Shown piece by piece: positions 56,803 through 64,000 of a stretch of DNA of 64,000 bases. This DNA comes from a virus. The translations under genes were made by a program, and so were the position numbers. The stretch covers positions 1-64,000 of IMG/VR virus record IMGVR_UViG_3300005805_000050, one strand, 5' to 3'. The notes beneath the pieces were generated by a model. The model was given only the letters and a program-made list of their open reading frames with translations, had not been told where the DNA came from and ran no database searches. How positions within the stretch are numbered: position 1 is the first letter of the stretch; each line of letters opens with the position of its first letter.

Positions 56803-58095
56803 ATGCATTTCTTAATAGAAAACAGTACACAGTTTGAAAAACTAACACCACAAAACGAGTGTTTTGTACAGGTGGTGCCCCTGAGTTACGCTTATCACCC
56901 CAAGTTGACATCTATCTCTGTGATTTACTACAGAAGCATAGACAAGGGTTATATATTCAGCATAAAACACTCTGAGACAGAATCATTAGAGCTTCAATCG
57001 GTGTTGGACTTCATATCTAAGCACGACAAAGTTTTTGTACTTGACAAAAAATTCCATTCTTACTTCTTGAATCCTAAAAATCTGGTTGATGTGTTCTTCT
57101 GCTTGAAAGAAAATTCAAACCGAGTAGATTTCAAAACTTCAATACAGTTGGAGTACGAACTGAAATACTTCGACAGATCCGATACAAACGCGCTGATTCC
57201 CGTTGGCAAGCACTACGAACACCTCGAGAATGTTTTCGAATACTATAAAGGTAACTTTTTTAAGTGTGAAAATTGGGAGGATTTGAGTAACGTCATAGAC
57301 TCTTACTTCTACGTAGAGAATAATTCCATAGGCGTCAATGAATCGTTCTTCGATGTGTACACAGTGAACAATAAGAAACACTCTTACGACGGTAAGGGCT
57401 TGTATACGCACTACAACATGTACAACCAAACTGGTAGACCCACTAACACTTTCAACGGGGTGAACTTTGTGGCAATACCTAAGGACGAAGAACACAGGAG
57501 TTGCATAATTCCCCAAAACGAATACTTTGTTGAATACGATTTTGACGGTTATCATGTTAGACTCATAGCAAATAAGTTGGGCGTGAAACTGCCCGAAACT
57601 TCCATTCACGAGTACTTGGGAAAACAGTACTTCAATAAAGAGAAATTGACCGAAGAGGACTACAAAGCTTCAAAAACAATAACCTTCAGACAACTTTATG
57701 GAGGCGTCATGGAAGAATACAGTCACATAGATCTATTCAAAAAGATGGGACAATTCATAAAAGATCTGTGGGAATCTTATGACAACAACAAATTCATCAA
57801 GCTTCCCACGGGATCTACTCTGTACTACAATAAAGAGATGACACCGTTAAAGGTCTTCAATTACTACGTACAGAACATGGAGACCAAAAACAACTCTGAC
57901 CGGGTAAAACTAGTTAGAGAGATATTGAAGGGAAAGAAGACAAAACTCGTACTCATAACGTACGATGCGTTCCTGTTCGACTTCGATTGTGCAGATGGCA
58001 AGGACCTTCTACTCTCTATAAAATCTGCCTTAGAGACCGGTGGTTACCCTACTAAGCACAAATACGGAAAAAACTACTTTTTACAACAATCTTAA
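56803..58095 (+). CDS. Compact family A DNA polymerase
   Basis: TGRP, motif A YDFDGYHVRL, motif B SKTITFRQLYGG, motif C LITYDAFLFD. ATG 56803 is preferred over TTG 56797. Confidence 0.8.
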   Translation: MHFLIENSTQFEKLTPQNECFVQVVPLSYAYHPKLTSISVIYYRSIDKGYIFSIKHSETESLELQSVLDFISKHDKVFVLDKKFHSYFLNPKNLVDVFFCLKENSNRVDFKTSIQLEYELKYFDRSDTNALIPVGKHYEHLENVFEYYKGNFFKCENWEDLSNVIDSYFYVENNSIGVNESFFDVYTVNNKKHSYDGKGLYTHYNMYNQTGRPTNTFNGVNFVAIPKDEEHRSCIIPQNEYFVEYDFDGYHVRLIANKLGVKLPETSIHEYLGKQYFNKEKLTEEDYKASKTITFRQLYGGVMEEYSHIDLFKKMGQFIKDLWESYDNNKFIKLPTGSTLYYNKEMTPLKVFNYYVQNMETKNNSDRVKLVREILKGKKTKLVLITYDAFLFDFDCADGKDLLLSIKSALETGGYPTKHKYGKNYFLQQS

Positions 58096-58096
58096 T

Positions 58097-58104
58097 ATAT
58101 TTAT
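58097..58104 (+). promoter_or_regulatory. ATATTTAT motif (putative late promoter)
   Basis: 5 nt before ATG 58110. Confidence 0.6.
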
Positions 58105-58109
58105 AGGTA

Positions 58110-58541
58110 ATGGTTGCGGAATTTGAAAACATAGAATTGACACAAGAGATGTTAAAAAATAAACTATTCTGTACCTTTACCACAGAAGAAAAGTTAGAAG
58201 AGCTTATAGAGAGCATAGGTAAAGAGTACAAGGTTCTCTACAACAAGATATTCGTCCTGTCCTCGCCGGACTCTAAAGAGTTACTGTGCACATACAATAT
58301 AGATACAGAGAATTCACAGCCCAGGATAATGAAGAATACGATCCTGGTTCATCGAAAGAAGGACACTAATACATTGTACACAATAAATTCTCTCAACGCC
58401 CTGATCATGGAGTTGAACGGAGGAGTGCTTGACACTAAGTACGCCATAAATTGGGAGGATTACAAGAATTCCATTCTGCTGGTACAGGACTCGAAATTTA
58501 GAAAGCTCAATACGCAAGTAAAGAAAATTGTGAACTTGTAA
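58110..58541 (+). CDS. Hypothetical protein
   Basis: 143 aa (KLFCTFT, LVHRKKDTNTLYTINSLN); preceded by ATATTTAT. Confidence 0.7.
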   Translation: MVAEFENIELTQEMLKNKLFCTFTTEEKLEELIESIGKEYKVLYNKIFVLSSPDSKELLCTYNIDTENSQPRIMKNTILVHRKKDTNTLYTINSLNALIMELNGGVLDTKYAINWEDYKNSILLVQDSKFRKLNTQVKKIVNL

Positions 58542-58602
58542 GATAAATTTACATGTTCGAACATAAAAGGTTATATTCACTTAATTAAAACACGTTACGA
58601 CT

Positions 58603-59385
58603 ATGGACATTTCCCAGTTACGGAGCAGACTTGCATCCCTGCAGAATCCGAAAGGTTCTCAAAAAGGCGAGTTAAAGAAAACCCTATGGTCACCTACCGT
58701 AGGTAAACATTCGGTGCGCTTGGTTCCTTCCGCGTACAACAAATCGAATCCATTCAAGGAACTCTATTTCCACTACGAATTCGGCAAAACGATGATCGCT
58801 CTCACCAACTTCGGTGAAAAAGATCCCATCGTTGAGTTCGCTCAAGGCTTGCGTAAGTCCTCCAACAAAGAGGATTGGCAATTGGCTAAGAAGCTCGAGC
58901 CGAAGATGAGAATTTTCGCTCCTGTAATTGTACGTGGCGAAGAAGAGAAAGGCGTTCTTTTATGGGGATTCGGTAAGCAAATCTACATGGATCTGCTGTC
59001 GATCGCGGAAGACGAAGACGTAGGCGACTACACCGATCCTCTGCAAGGTCGCGATATTACCATCGAGACTCTTGACAAATCGAGCACCGGTCTGACTTAC
59101 GATAAGTCTACCGTTCGCATTCGCACAAAAGTCACTCCGCTTTCTGAGAGCGGTGACCAGATCAAAAAGTGGTTGACGGAACAACCCGATCCCACTACGC
59201 AGTTCAAACGCTACTCTTACGATGAGATGAAAGCTGCACTGCTCGCTTACTTGAATCCTGAGAACGAGGCCGAGGTGGCAGCAGCCACTCCTGCACCGCC
59301 CGAGGAATCAAAGCCGCAGAAGTTCAGTCTGAGCACAACGCCCGCTGAAACTAACAAAAAAATAGACGATCTGTTTGACTTCTAA
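58603..59385 (+). CDS. Single-stranded DNA-binding protein (T4 gp32-like)
   Basis: PFKELYFHY, GVLLWGFGKQIY, DYTDPLQGRDI, acidic/aromatic C-terminus IDDLFDF; terminator follows. Confidence 0.8.
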   Translation: MDISQLRSRLASLQNPKGSQKGELKKTLWSPTVGKHSVRLVPSAYNKSNPFKELYFHYEFGKTMIALTNFGEKDPIVEFAQGLRKSSNKEDWQLAKKLEPKMRIFAPVIVRGEEEKGVLLWGFGKQIYMDLLSIAEDEDVGDYTDPLQGRDITIETLDKSSTGLTYDKSTVRIRTKVTPLSESGDQIKKWLTEQPDPTTQFKRYSYDEMKAALLAYLNPENEAEVAAATPAPPEESKPQKFSLSTTPAETNKKIDDLFDF

Positions 59386-59387
59386 TC

Positions 59388-59410
59388 AAAGCCCCGAAAG
59401 GGGCTTTTTT
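59388..59410 (+). terminator. Intrinsic terminator after gp32-like gene
   Basis: AAAGCCCC-gaaa-GGGGCTTT followed by TTT. Confidence 0.9.
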
Positions 59411-59417
59411 AACACTT

Positions 59418-60503
59418 ATGGCAAAAAAAGCAAGCTTAAATGACGCTGTGTCCGCAGCAGTAAAGGACAAATCGCAATTCAACCTTGATAACTTCAAGAA
59501 GGGTAAGAATCTAAACACAGTATCCGTAAAATTCAAGGATCAACGGTGGATTACCTTATCGAAAGCTTTTCAAGACACATTGCAAATCCCTGGAATTCCC
59601 ATGGGACATATCACGCTCCTACGCGGTCACTCTGATACTGGCAAAACCACTGCTATGTTGGAAGCCGCAATTCAGTGCCAAAAGGCCGGAGTTCTACCCA
59701 TTCTGATAATCACAGAGATGAAGTGGTCGTGGGAACACGCAAAGGAAATGGGACTTCAATTTGAAGAAGTGCCTGATACCGATACAGGCGAGATCATAGA
59801 CTACAAAGGGTTCTTCCTCTACATCGATAGGGAAAAACTCAATTGCATAGAAGACGTTAGCGCTTTCATCATGGATATTCTTGACGAACAGAAGCGCGGT
59901 AATCTTCCTTACGATCTGTGTTTCTTCTGGGATTCGGTTGGATCCATACCATGTAGATTGTCCATAGAATCGAATAAGAACAACAACGAGTGGAACGCAG
60001 GCGCAATGTCGCAGCAGTTCGGTAACTTCGTAAACCAGAAGATTGTGATGTCAAGGAAAGAAAGCTCTCCTTACACTAATACGTTTGTGGCTGTGAACAA
60101 AGTTTGGGTAGCAAAACCCGAAACTATCATGAGTCAGCCTAAGATGAAGAACAAAGGTGGAGACACAATGTTCTTTGACTCCTCGCTAGTCATCACGTTC
60201 GGAAATGTTACAAACTCAGGCACAAGCAAACTCAAGGCCACAAAGGGTGGAAAAGAGATTGAGTTCGCTAAGCGGACTAAAGTAAGTTGCGATAAGAATC
60301 ACGTGACTGGAGTTACTGGAGTTGGAAGAATAATCGTCACCGTACACGGCTTCATTCCAGAGGAAAAGAAAGCATTGGAAGATTACAAGAAGGCATACTC
60401 ACACCAGTGGTTAAAAGTGTTAGGATCTAAAGACTTTGAAGTTATCGAAGAAGAGGATACTTCACAAGCAGCAGACATATTTGACAATTCAGAAAACGAC
60501 TAA
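59418..60503 (+). CDS. uvsX: RecA/UvsX-like recombinase
   Basis: Walker A GHSDTGKT, Walker B LCFFWDS, KGGDTMFFDSSL. Confidence 0.85.
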   Translation: MAKKASLNDAVSAAVKDKSQFNLDNFKKGKNLNTVSVKFKDQRWITLSKAFQDTLQIPGIPMGHITLLRGHSDTGKTTAMLEAAIQCQKAGVLPILIITEMKWSWEHAKEMGLQFEEVPDTDTGEIIDYKGFFLYIDREKLNCIEDVSAFIMDILDEQKRGNLPYDLCFFWDSVGSIPCRLSIESNKNNNEWNAGAMSQQFGNFVNQKIVMSRKESSPYTNTFVAVNKVWVAKPETIMSQPKMKNKGGDTMFFDSSLVITFGNVTNSGTSKLKATKGGKEIEFAKRTKVSCDKNHVTGVTGVGRIIVTVHGFIPEEKKALEDYKKAYSHQWLKVLGSKDFEVIEEEDTSQAADIFDNSEND

Positions 60504-61528
60504 TGACTCCCGAACAGAAGAAGATATTCGACTCCCTGTCGTCTAAAGAAGTTCCTGAAGAAAAGTTGTCTTTACACAGCCGGGTTCTCATAGTGGATTC
60601 TTTGAATACATTCATGAGGGCCTTCGCTGTGATAAGGCACGTGAATCACAATCTAACTCCCATCGGGGGTTTGACAGGATTTCTTAGATCTATGGCTTAC
60701 GCTATAAATCTAGTAAGACCCACAAGAGTGATAGCAGTGTTTGACGGTCAAGGATCGTCGACGAATAAGAGGTACATATACCCAGAGTACAAAGCAAATA
60801 GACATCTCCGCCGCATAACAAACTGGGACCATTTCGAAAGTCAAGAGGCCGAATCAGAGGCGATAATCAATCAAGTGGTAAGACTCGTAGAGTATCTAAA
60901 GTGTTTACCTGTGGACATGATTACTATAGATAAGATCGAAGCAGATGATGTTATAGGATACATGGCTCAGAGAGTTGGACAAGATACAACGATTATGTCA
61001 AGTGATAGGGATTACCTACAGCTAGTAAGCGACAGAGTCACTGTGTTTTCTCCTACGAAAAAGAAATTTTACACACCTAAGATGGTGCTGGAAGAATATG
61101 GAGTCACGCCAGAAAATTTCCTAATACAGAAGATGCTGCTAGGAGATTCAGGCGACAACGTACCAGGAGTTCAGGGACTTGGACCAAAAACACTAATAAA
61201 AGAATTCCCAGAATTGGGAGGTAAAGATCGAGTTTCGTTAAACGAGATCCTTACAAAGTGTAAAGAGGGAAAGAAAAAGGTGCACGGATCCATTAGAAAC
61301 TTTGAACGTCAACTCGAAGTAAACAAGCTTCTAATGGACCTAGAAAATCCTAACATACCCGAAGAAGGAATAAAAGAGATAGAATCTTGCATACTCGAAC
61401 CGTATAAGCAGTTTAATTCGCTGGAATTTGTCAGATTGTATAACGAAGATGATTTAGGAAACAGCATTCCAAACGTACAGAACTGGCTCTTCAATCATTT
61501 TCACACACTATCAAAATATAAAGAATGA
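60503..61528 (+). CDS. 5'-3' exonuclease / flap endonuclease (T4 RNase H-like)
   Basis: VLIVDSLN, VFDG, YPEYKANR, IEADDVIG, SSDRDYLQL, GDSGDNVPGVQGLGPKT. Confidence 0.9.
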   Translation: MTPEQKKIFDSLSSKEVPEEKLSLHSRVLIVDSLNTFMRAFAVIRHVNHNLTPIGGLTGFLRSMAYAINLVRPTRVIAVFDGQGSSTNKRYIYPEYKANRHLRRITNWDHFESQEAESEAIINQVVRLVEYLKCLPVDMITIDKIEADDVIGYMAQRVGQDTTIMSSDRDYLQLVSDRVTVFSPTKKKFYTPKMVLEEYGVTPENFLIQKMLLGDSGDNVPGVQGLGPKTLIKEFPELGGKDRVSLNEILTKCKEGKKKVHGSIRNFERQLEVNKLLMDLENPNIPEEGIKEIESCILEPYKQFNSLEFVRLYNEDDLGNSIPNVQNWLFNHFHTLSKYKE

Positions 61529-62901
61529 GTACACTAAACACGTTACAACAGTACGGGGTTTCGTTTCAACTAAAGGTTTTGTCGTCGCTGCTCAAGCACA
61601 AAGAGTTTCTACACAACATCTACGATATCCTGAATCCAGACGAATTTGATAATCCGTCTCACAAGTGGATTGTCAAAGAAACTTTGAAATACTATTCAAA
61701 GTACCACACCAATCCCACTCCAGAGTATCTCTCTGTTGAGGTCAAGAAGATCGATAACGATGTTCTTAAGGTCAGCGTAGCTGAACAATTGAAGGAAGCT
61801 CTTAAAGCCATCAACGAAGATCGAGAGTACGTTGAAACAGAGTTTGCAAACTTCTGTAGAAATCAACAACTCAAAAAAGCTTTGATGTCCTCTGTAGAGC
61901 TACTCACAAAGGGTCAATACGACGACATCAGATCCATCATCGACACAGCTCTAAAAGCTGGTCAAAGTAGAGACATCGGTCACGAATACGAGAAAGACGT
62001 AGAGACTCGATACAGAGCCGAAGAGAGGAAGGCAGTTCCAACTGTGTGGCCCCACATCAACGAACTTCTCATGGGAGGTTTGGGCGCAGGAGACCTTGGA
62101 ATGGTCTTAGGTTCCCCAGGCGGTGGCAAATCATGGTTCCTCATAAACCTAGGTGCCGCAGCGGTAAAAGCTGGATACAACGTGTGTCACTATACGCTAG
62201 AGCTTTCGCAAGACTATGTTGGTAAGAGATACGATTCCACTCTCACGGGCATAGAATTTCAAAGGATTCACTTGCACAGGGACGAGATTGAGAAAGCCAT
62301 AAATGCGCTACCTGGAAAACTCATAATCAAAGAATACCCCATGGGTAAGACAACACCGTCTACCATTGAGACTCACATACAGAAGTGCGAGACCATGGGC
62401 TTCAAACCTGATTTGGTGATCATAGACTACGTAGACCTGTTGAGATCCAAGATGCGCTCCACAGAACGAAAGGATGAGATCGATGATGTATACACCTCCA
62501 TAAAAGGACTCGCCAGACAGATCAAAACACCTATATGGACCGTATCTCAGGTGAACAGAATGGGATCCAAAGATGACATCATTGAAGCTGACAAAATTGC
62601 AGGATCTTATGACAAGATCATGATCGCAGACTTCGCCATGTCGCTCTCCAGAAAAAGGTCTGACAAATTAAATGGTACTGCGAGAATACATGTCATAAAG
62701 AACAGGTTTGGTGCAGATGGCATGACATTTGGAGCTATGATAAATACATCAAATGGTCACATAGATATCAGCAATTCACAGATAGACGACTCCGAATTGC
62801 AGGTTGAGGACAATCCAGTAAGAGCTATGCAGAATAGAATACAGCTGGGTGGAGAAGAAAAGAAGTACTTAGCGAATAAATTCTTTGAATTAGGATTGTA
62901 A
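61525..62901 (+). CDS. dnaB: Replicative DnaB-like helicase (gp41-like)
   Basis: Walker A GSPGGGKS, YTLELS, LVIIDYVDLL, WTVSQVNR, KNRFG. Confidence 0.9.
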   Translation: MSTLNTLQQYGVSFQLKVLSSLLKHKEFLHNIYDILNPDEFDNPSHKWIVKETLKYYSKYHTNPTPEYLSVEVKKIDNDVLKVSVAEQLKEALKAINEDREYVETEFANFCRNQQLKKALMSSVELLTKGQYDDIRSIIDTALKAGQSRDIGHEYEKDVETRYRAEERKAVPTVWPHINELLMGGLGAGDLGMVLGSPGGGKSWFLINLGAAAVKAGYNVCHYTLELSQDYVGKRYDSTLTGIEFQRIHLHRDEIEKAINALPGKLIIKEYPMGKTTPSTIETHIQKCETMGFKPDLVIIDYVDLLRSKMRSTERKDEIDDVYTSIKGLARQIKTPIWTVSQVNRMGSKDDIIEADKIAGSYDKIMIADFAMSLSRKRSDKLNGTARIHVIKNRFGADGMTFGAMINTSNGHIDISNSQIDDSELQVEDNPVRAMQNRIQLGGEEKKYLANKFFELGL

Positions 62902-62916
62902 AGAACCAAAAGTTAG

Positions 62917-62924
62917 ATATTTAT
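62917..62924 (+). promoter_or_regulatory. ATATTTAT motif (putative late promoter)
   Basis: Between the helicase and the small ORF 62945. Confidence 0.6.
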
Positions 62925-62944
62925 AACTACAAAAACGATTGATT

Positions 62945-63166
62945 ATGCCAAGCATCTTTCAAAAATACGAAGCAGCACCAAAAGGTGACAACTTTAGAAG
63001 ACCCGACAACTACGATGATTCGTATATCGATAGGTCTTTTGTAGAAGCTGCCGCCGCAGCCAGTTCAAACAAGGTGGTAAACCTTCAAGCGTTCTTTCAA
63101 TCTACGAATAAGCAAACTTACGTAGAAAGTAAGAACACGAATCCTGGTAGCGTACCTCAGGGCTAA
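62945..63166 (+). CDS. Small hypothetical protein
   Basis: MPSIFQKYE...; ATG 62945 is preferred over TTG 62939; ATATTTAT upstream. Confidence 0.6.
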   Translation: MPSIFQKYEAAPKGDNFRRPDNYDDSYIDRSFVEAAAAASSNKVVNLQAFFQSTNKQTYVESKNTNPGSVPQG

Positions 63167-63281
63167 TCAAACCAATCTAATCGTTATCTAATTTTTTAGA
63201 CGCTAAGTCTAAGGGTCAAGAAAACTGTCAAAAAAACTAAAAACGTAAGAAATTACGAAGAAAATTATAGGCTATATACAT

Positions 63282-64000
63282 ATGAGTAAGTTATTCACAA
63301 AAAGGGTTAACATTCTTCCTTACGATTACCCATCGTTACTTAAATACAAAGACGCCATAAGGCACTCATATTGGATAGACACCGAGTACAATTTCACCAC
63401 GGACATCAATGACTTCCACGTAAACATCACAGAAAACGAGAGGGATGTCATTAAAAAGACCATGCTTGCCATCGCCCAGATCGAGGTCAACGTCAAGACC
63501 TTTTGGGCTGACATGTACAAGCGCATGCCCATAACGGAGATCGGAGACGTTGGCATGACCTTCGCAGAGTCCGAAGTTCGCCACAAGGACGCTTACGCCA
63601 GATTGATACGCATTCTGGGTTTGGAAGACGAGTTCAAAAACGTAGTAGAAATACCGGCAATAAAAGACCGTATCAAATATCTCAGCAAGTACCTAGATGG
63701 TACTCGCAGTACAGATAATAAAATGTATACCAAATCGGTACTGCTCTTCTCTTTATTCATCGAGCACGTGTCGCTGTTCTCACAGTTCCTCATCATGATG
63801 TCGTTCAACAAGGACCGCAACGTTTTCAAGGGCATATCGAACGTTGTCGAAGCCACGTCAAAGGAGGAAGACATCCACGGAAACTTCGGAGCGGAGATCA
63901 TCAACATCATCAAGCAGGAAAACCCCGAGTGGTTCGATTCAGAATTTGAAGCGCTGATCGATTCTGCGTGCAACAAAGCGTACAAAGCAGAGTGCAAGAT
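63282..64000 (+). CDS. nrdB: Ribonucleotide reductase class I beta subunit, class Id-type signature (3' partial, not in ORF track)
   Basis: MSKLFTKRVNILPYDYP...AIRHSYW...IAQIEVNVKTFW...ESEVRHKDAY...FIEHVSLFSQF...KEEDIH; open to the window end. Confidence 0.93.
   Translation, partial: MSKLFTKRVNILPYDYPSLLKYKDAIRHSYWIDTEYNFTTDINDFHVNITENERDVIKKTMLAIAQIEVNVKTFWADMYKRMPITEIGDVGMTFAESEVRHKDAYARLIRILGLEDEFKNVVEIPAIKDRIKYLSKYLDGTRSTDNKMYTKSVLLFSLFIEHVSLFSQFLIMMSFNKDRNVFKGISNVVEATSKEEDIHGNFGAEIINIIKQENPEWFDSEFEALIDSACNKAYKAECK

Noticed and set aside
63167-63281. Riboswitch or NrdR box upstream of nrdB
   Set aside because: Only a short TTAGAC/GTCTAA hairpin (63196-63212) is present; there is no convincing NrdR palindrome or cobalamin core.
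159-63997. Other short minus-strand and alternate-frame ORFs in the track
   Set aside because: They overlap well-supported plus-strand genes and show no recognisable motifs.
1-64000. Alternative genetic code (TAG or TGA recoding)
   Set aside because: Genes tile the window densely under the standard code, and TAG and TGA end genes cleanly at coupled junctions.
705-64000. Introns, inteins or homing endonucleases in portal, MCP, helicase, PolA or nrdB
   Set aside because: These ORFs are uninterrupted and of ordinary or short length; no LAGLIDADG, HNH, GIY-YIG or Hint motifs were recognised.

Overview
This window is a 64-kb piece of a large T4-like (contractile-tailed) dsDNA phage genome, with all credible genes on the + strand. 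The host is probably Bacteroidota, inferred from A-rich starts without Shine-Dalgarno sites and a Flavobacterium-type class Id RNR beta subunit. Gene order: terminase C-terminus, portal, head core and internal proteins, prohead protease, scaffold, major capsid, neck and tail terminator, Ser/Gly-rich fibre genes, a 2184-aa Thr/Ser/Pro-rich mucin-like protein, an 8-gene glycan-modification cluster, sheath, tube, baseplate and tape measure, then a replication block (compact PolA, gp32-like SSB, UvsX/RecA, 5'-3' exonuclease, DnaB/gp41 helicase, partial NrdB). The most interesting candidate system is a phage-encoded mucin-type protein O-glycosylation locus. A giant (TPTISV)n protein lies directly upstream of two GT60-like polypeptide GlcNAc-transferase homologues, two GT90/CgeB-like enzymes, a DxD GT, a PLOD/LH3-like GT, a NodU-type carbamoyltransferase and an HtrL-GT fusion. 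The cluster is embedded in the virion module behind the same ATATTTAT motif that precedes structural genes. Other notable signals: a recurrent [ST]-[GA]-S motif in exterior virion proteins, a motif shared by the scaffold and a membrane-type head cargo protein, a structured leader before the scaffold/capsid operon, and an in-frame stop between the gp26-like and gp51-like genes. All family assignments come from motifs recognised by eye; no database search was run.
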